Shown: one piece after another, positions 60,234-64,000 of the stretch
Layout: the number at the start of each line of letters is the position of its first letter
How positions within the stretch are numbered: the stretch's first letter is position 1
Assembly (NCBI GenBank): GCA_020847975.1
Contig: JADLBD010000221.1
Coordinates: 1,930-65,929, forward strand
Length of the DNA: 64,000 nt
DNA from: Bryobacterales bacterium
Lineage (GTDB): Bacteria > Acidobacteriota > Terriglobia > Bryobacterales > Bryobacteraceae
Reading direction: 5' to 3'
Program-made: the position numbers and the translations under genes
The notes under the pieces: model-generated
Seen by the model: only the letters and a program-made list of their open reading frames with translations
Databases searched by the model: none
What the model was told of the DNA's origin: nothing

Positions 60234-61010
60234 ATGCGCTATGTGAAGGGAAGCATCGCTCTCAATGCCGTTAACGATCACGCCGTTCTGCGCCACGTCC
60301 TCAGGTGCCGGCACGTCTCACACGAGCAGTTGTGGCAGTTTCTTCAGCTCAACGGACACCTATGGCCGAGACGGACGCTCAACTGGCGCATACAGCGCCT
60401 GGTGGAACACGGACTCGTGGTCAGGTCCGACCTGAGCTTTGTGTCCGGAGTGCGCGTGTATACGATCTCGGATCTCGGCGCATCGTATCTGATCGGGACA
60501 GGGGAATCCGCTGCCCTGATGATCGGGAGCAAAGCGAATAACGTGGATGAGAACGCCGTACAGCATTCGCTCGACCTCAATGATATCCACTTGGCGATGC
60601 TTCGGACGAGGCAACTTGTGTCATGGAAGTGTGAACTTGAGATTCGGTCGCAGAACGAGTTTACGGGAGTGGGTTTCGCGAAGGACTACGACGCGATCGT
60701 TACCGTGAACACGACGGGTCAGGATTCGCAATTTGCCCTCGAGTACGAGCGCAAGCCGAAACAGCCGAAACGCTACTGGCAAATCCGTGAGCTGATCGAG
60801 AAGGAGACGCACGTAGATTGCGTGTTGTACTTGACGTCGACCTTTCACTTGCTGAGTTATGTCTCGCGCTTCTTCGAACGTAGCGGAAAGGCCGTGTACT
60901 TCGGAGTCCTCGATGAGTTTCGATTGCACACGCTGCAAACGAAAGTGATGGACAGTCGCCGCACGGTGACGTTCCCGCTTAGCACTGTGCTGCAAGCGAA
61001 CACGCGATAG
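60234..61010 (+). CDS. Replication-relaxation (Replic_Relax) family protein: winged-helix plus nuclease-like domain
   Basis: 258 aa. N-terminal wHTH-like: LRHVLRCRHVSHEQLWQFL...RRTLNWRIQRLVEHGLV. Then ...HSLDLNDIHLAM...DYDAIVTV...FALEYERKPK.. resembles my recollection of the PF13814-type pattern (H..........D....e.E....). It is the only relaxase candidate seen in the window. Confidence 0.55.
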   Translation: MRYVKGSIALNAVNDHAVLRHVLRCRHVSHEQLWQFLQLNGHLWPRRTLNWRIQRLVEHGLVVRSDLSFVSGVRVYTISDLGASYLIGTGESAALMIGSKANNVDENAVQHSLDLNDIHLAMLRTRQLVSWKCELEIRSQNEFTGVGFAKDYDAIVTVNTTGQDSQFALEYERKPKQPKRYWQIRELIEKETHVDCVLYLTSTFHLLSYVSRFFERSGKAVYFGVLDEFRLHTLQTKVMDSRRTVTFPLSTVLQANTR

Positions 61011-62879
61011 ACCTGGTGCTTTGTTCTCCTATTGCATGCCCATTGCCACACCCTTTGCCATACCTTTTGCCCGCCGCACGATCGCGGAAGCGGCTGGGCG
61101 TTCAATCACATAGCAATCTACTACCCGTGGTTTGGCATGTGTTGGGGTAGGCAAAGTAGTTGGCGGGTGCCTGCCAGGTTGTGGTGGCGAAGCCAGGACT
61201 GTGGAATGGCTGGGTTGAATGGTGGTCGCAGAGTGCGGCGCCGGTCTGTCCCGGTGAGCGGGAGTAGGACGAGTGTAGTGGCGCCGGCCGTGTTTGGGGA
61301 TGCGGGCGAGGGAGGTTACGGTGCGGGATTGGCGGTATGGGAGCGCGTGGTCGTAAGCCTGAGGGGGACTGCGAACTGCTCGTAAAGCAGAGACAAGTGG
61401 AAATAGACGGGGAGCAGATGGTTGATGAGCGCCGGTTCTTGGCTGAGGATAGTGACCAATGTCGCTTCGCGAATGGGGGCAGCCGAGTAGCGCGGTATTG
61501 TGCGATGTGCACGGCACGAGTTCCCGTAGCGAACGGGAGGGACTCGGCGCAGAGCGAGGTGAGAAGATGAGCGGATGTTGACCTTCAGGATGTTCTTCGG
61601 GCGCTCACGCTCCCTCCTGGAGAGTCCGCGCCGGTGTCTGAAGGGCGAAGTGGATCGGCGTGATATGGCGCCGCCGTAGGCTTCTTGACTGATTTCCTAC
61701 TGACTTCCCGCGTAGCACCCCGCCTGACTGACCTACTTCGAACAGCGAATTGCGACCCGAAACTTGGTGGCACCCCGTCGGCAAGGCAGCAACTTCCAGC
61801 CGTGTGCCGTCATGTCCTGCGACGGAGAGATCGACGGCGGTTGTCTGAAACGGGGAGAAACGAGACGAAGGACTCGGCGGTGTCTGGTCCGAGACGACGG
61901 CGGCGAAACCGGGATGAAGCGGATCTGGACAGAGGAAGTACGTGGAATCCGAATGCAATTGACGACCCTGGTGACAAGGCGGAGGGTATGCGGGTACGCA
62001 GTTGTGCGCGCGCCGCTGAACTGGCTGGCTCGGAGAAGGTGTGGACTGAGAGCGAAGTCAGGGGGACGGATCGCGCCAGTGACGGGACCGTAGTGCTCAG
62101 GTTCGGTAAGTAGCAACGCTGCAGTTCGTAGCAGGAGGTCGACTACACGCGCGAATGGCGTTCGAACTGGGGAGAGAGCGACGTCTTTCGAAACTGACAG
62201 GACACCGTTGTGATGCGGTTTTAGCGGATGGTGAGTGTGGTCCAAAGGGTAGCAGCGAGCGGATCAGCCTGGGGAGATCGGCGGCGGCGCGCCGGCAGTC
62301 GCGAACGCGCGTGAACAGGAACCGGAGGGAAGTGATGTCGTCTGTGCGCGGAACTGCGCCGTCAGATCCGATGGGAAGGCGCACTGGCCGAGCGATTCCC
62401 GCTATGACGCCGAGGGTCAATGCATCCACATCCCGCGGAGCGGGTAGCGCCAATTTGAGTGGTCCGACGGTCTGAGCGTGGTGACGGGCGGGCTTCGTGC
62501 GCCGTGTCGCTGCACATTCTTTCGTAAGAGCCCTGAGTGGGTAGTTCGTCCTCAATTGCCAGAGGCCGAGGCGGGTTGGACTCCCGCACGAAGGAACACA
62601 AATCCCGCTGGTGGATTTGGTGACGTTGGCAAGCGGTAGGGAATGGCGCGCCCGTCCCACAGGTGTTCTGGCACGACGAGTAGAAAGCGGTGACCGCGTA
62701 GTGAGGCGTGCGGTGCGGACTCAGGTGCATGAACTTGATGGGACGGCCGTGGAAGTCCGGACCGCGGTCGGGTGCAGAAGTGGTTGGATCGGTTAGCAAG
62801 AAGGCCCCGCAAGCTCAGAGCATGCGCGTCGGGCGGGTAGGAAATGCCAATTTGAGCAATTCAATGAAGGGAGCGAGGT
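61011..62879. other. 1.87 kb region without convincing ORFs and with a strong G>C skew on the + strand; candidate oriT/oriV or long non-coding RNA locus
   Basis: All six frames are broken by frequent stops, and the listed ORFs (60-187 aa) have Arg/Gly/Ser/Pro-rich nonsense-like translations. A hand count of 62221-62280 gives G 26 and C 10 of 60 nt, and similar G excess is visible along most of the region. Confidence 0.55.
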
Positions 62880-64000
62880 ATGCAAGATACAGCGACAACG
62901 AATGGAACACCGTCTCTGCCGGTGGCTCCGACCAATGGACAGTGGAGCGGCGGCGGCGTTCCGACGTTTGAGCCGGAACGGGTTCAGGCGTTTCTGGCAG
63001 CGCTCGAGCAGCCATTCGACCTATCCGAGATCAAATGGCGGGTGACCAACACGACCCAGGTTGGCAGCAGAAACGGACCCCGATACCGAGGTCAGATGTT
63101 GGCGTACGCCGATCCGCGCGCGTACACCGACCGGCTCAACGAACTATTCACGCCGTCGGGCTGGACACGGGACTACAACGTTCAAATGGTCCAGAACTTC
63201 GAGCGGAGGGAGCGCGGCGCGACAGAACGGACGATCACGGCAAAGATCGTGGTGACATGCAGGGTCACGGTCTATGGCTTAGGTACTCACACAGGACTCG
63301 GCGAGGAGTGGGCGGAGAACGACAACGCGGGCACGGCAGCGGAAGCTCAAGCGTTCAAGCGGGCGTGTTCGTGCTTCGGGCTTGGCCGCTATCTGTACGA
63401 TCTGGAAGGCCAGTGGATGGACCTCGATGAGAAGAAGCGCCCATTGGAGACGCCCAAGCTTCCCGAGTGGGCTCGCCCGCAGCGGCGTCAGAGCAGTGGC
63501 CAGAAGACTGAAAATGGCAACCACCGCGGCAACGGTCAACCGCAAGCTGGGAACAGTGGCGCCGCGAGAAGCGGCAGGGGCGGCTTGTACCGCGGGGAAG
63601 TGCTGGAGCACGTGAAGGTTCTCTGCGACAAGGTGGGCTTCAGTCTCTCGAAGAGCGTGCTGCGCGCCGTGGCCAAGGTCGAGGATCCTGACAAAATCTC
63701 TGACATGGTGAAACTCACGGCTCTGTTCGAGAAATTGCAGGACACAGACCGGGGCGTGGAGCGATTGCGGGCGGCTGTGGCAAAGGCTGGCGATCATCGG
63801 TACACGGCGTTGTGCCAGGAAATGAATCTGGCGAGCGACGCGATCGATGACATTCCGGACCGGGTGGTGCTTCGTCGGCTGGTGGAAACACTGGAGGGCG
63901 AAACGAACCGCGCCCAAACATCGAACGGTGGGGACAACGCCGCCGGGAGTGAAGCGCAGCCCGATGGTGCGGCGGTCCTGAGTGATCTGCGCGGCCGACT
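62880..64000 (+). CDS. Rad52/Rad22-family single-strand annealing protein (partial; continues past the window end)
   Basis: Not in the ORF track because no stop lies in the window. Manual translation from ATG 62880 (RBS AAGGGAG) gives ...FDLSEIKWRVTNT...GQMLAYADPRAYTDRLNELFTPSGWTRDY...AKIVVTCRVTVYGLGTHTGLGEE...NAGTAAEAQAFKRACSCFGLGRYLYDL. This is the Rad52/22 annealing-domain signature, followed by a G/N/Q-rich linker and a helical C-terminal region. Confidence 0.7.
   Translation, partial: MQDTATTNGTPSLPVAPTNGQWSGGGVPTFEPERVQAFLAALEQPFDLSEIKWRVTNTTQVGSRNGPRYRGQMLAYADPRAYTDRLNELFTPSGWTRDYNVQMVQNFERRERGATERTITAKIVVTCRVTVYGLGTHTGLGEEWAENDNAGTAAEAQAFKRACSCFGLGRYLYDLEGQWMDLDEKKRPLETPKLPEWARPQRRQSSGQKTENGNHRGNGQPQAGNSGAARSGRGGLYRGEVLEHVKVLCDKVGFSLSKSVLRAVAKVEDPDKISDMVKLTALFEKLQDTDRGVERLRAAVAKAGDHRYTALCQEMNLASDAIDDIPDRVVLRRLVETLEGETNRAQTSNGGDNAAGSEAQPDGAAVLSDLRGR

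Noticed and set aside
61029-62812. Several 60-187-aa ORFs on both strands in the G-skewed region (e.g. 61029..61517 -, 61685..62113 +, 62097..62660 -, 62362..62799 -)
   Set aside because: They have no RBS or start context, overlap one another, and have low-complexity Arg/Pro/Ser/Gly-rich translations without recognisable motifs. The region is treated as non-coding, and a decayed pseudogene cannot be excluded.

Overview
High-GC bacterial chromosomal fragment; the gene content looks Acidobacteria-like, which is inference only. All calls come from reading the supplied ORF translations and the DNA by eye. No BLAST, HMM or fold search was run, so family names are motif-level recognitions, not database hits.

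Left part (1-24.7 kb) is ordinary core genome:
- a partial amidohydrolase-like gene, a SirB1-like transglutaminase/TPR protein, a PQQ-type beta-propeller protein, a multi-pass membrane protein, a PAS hybrid histidine kinase and a DUF4388/PATAN-like protein
- a complete Pil-Chp/Frz-style chemosensory operon: TPR-REC, CheY, a CheW with a tandem-repeat extension, an MCP, a 3xHpt CheA-CheW-REC hybrid, and a double-CheW protein
- a porin-amtB-glnK-glnD nitrogen module

At 24768-24802 a tRNA-Gly(CCC)-like gene stops abruptly right after its anticodon. Everything to the right (at least 39 kb, running off the window) reads as an integrative conjugative element. In order it carries:
- a tyrosine integrase
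- a HigB / HigA-ImmA(IrrE) / Beta-protein(sce7725-like) / sce7726-like module
- an excisionase-type HTH protein
- a prenyltransferase-repeat plus Tat-DUF362 cargo pair
- a roughly 50-bp degenerate tandem-repeat array upstream of a Zn-ribbon ORF and a ParB-like gene
- an IS21-family istA/istB unit
- about 24 kb of co-directional, mostly overlapping genes encoding an atypical type IV secretion/conjugation apparatus: MoxR-like ATPase, SLT, two VirB9-like, VirB10-like, a membrane-anchored tandem AAA+ ATPase, three VirB2-like paralogs, VirB3-like, VirB4, two VirB5/TrbJ-position paralogs (one with an in-frame amber codon), VirB6-like, VirB8-like, a coupling protein and a replication-relaxation-family protein

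The most unusual items:
- a 876-aa ORF inside the T4SS operon with a D-Y-D-F-D motif and flanking pattern reminiscent of double-psi-beta-barrel RNA polymerases (cellular RdRP / YonO type)
- a 1.87 kb ORF-free, strongly G-skewed region between the relaxation-family gene and a Rad52/22-like annealing-protein gene
- the uncharacterised toxin/ImmA/sce7725/sce7726 module next to the integrase
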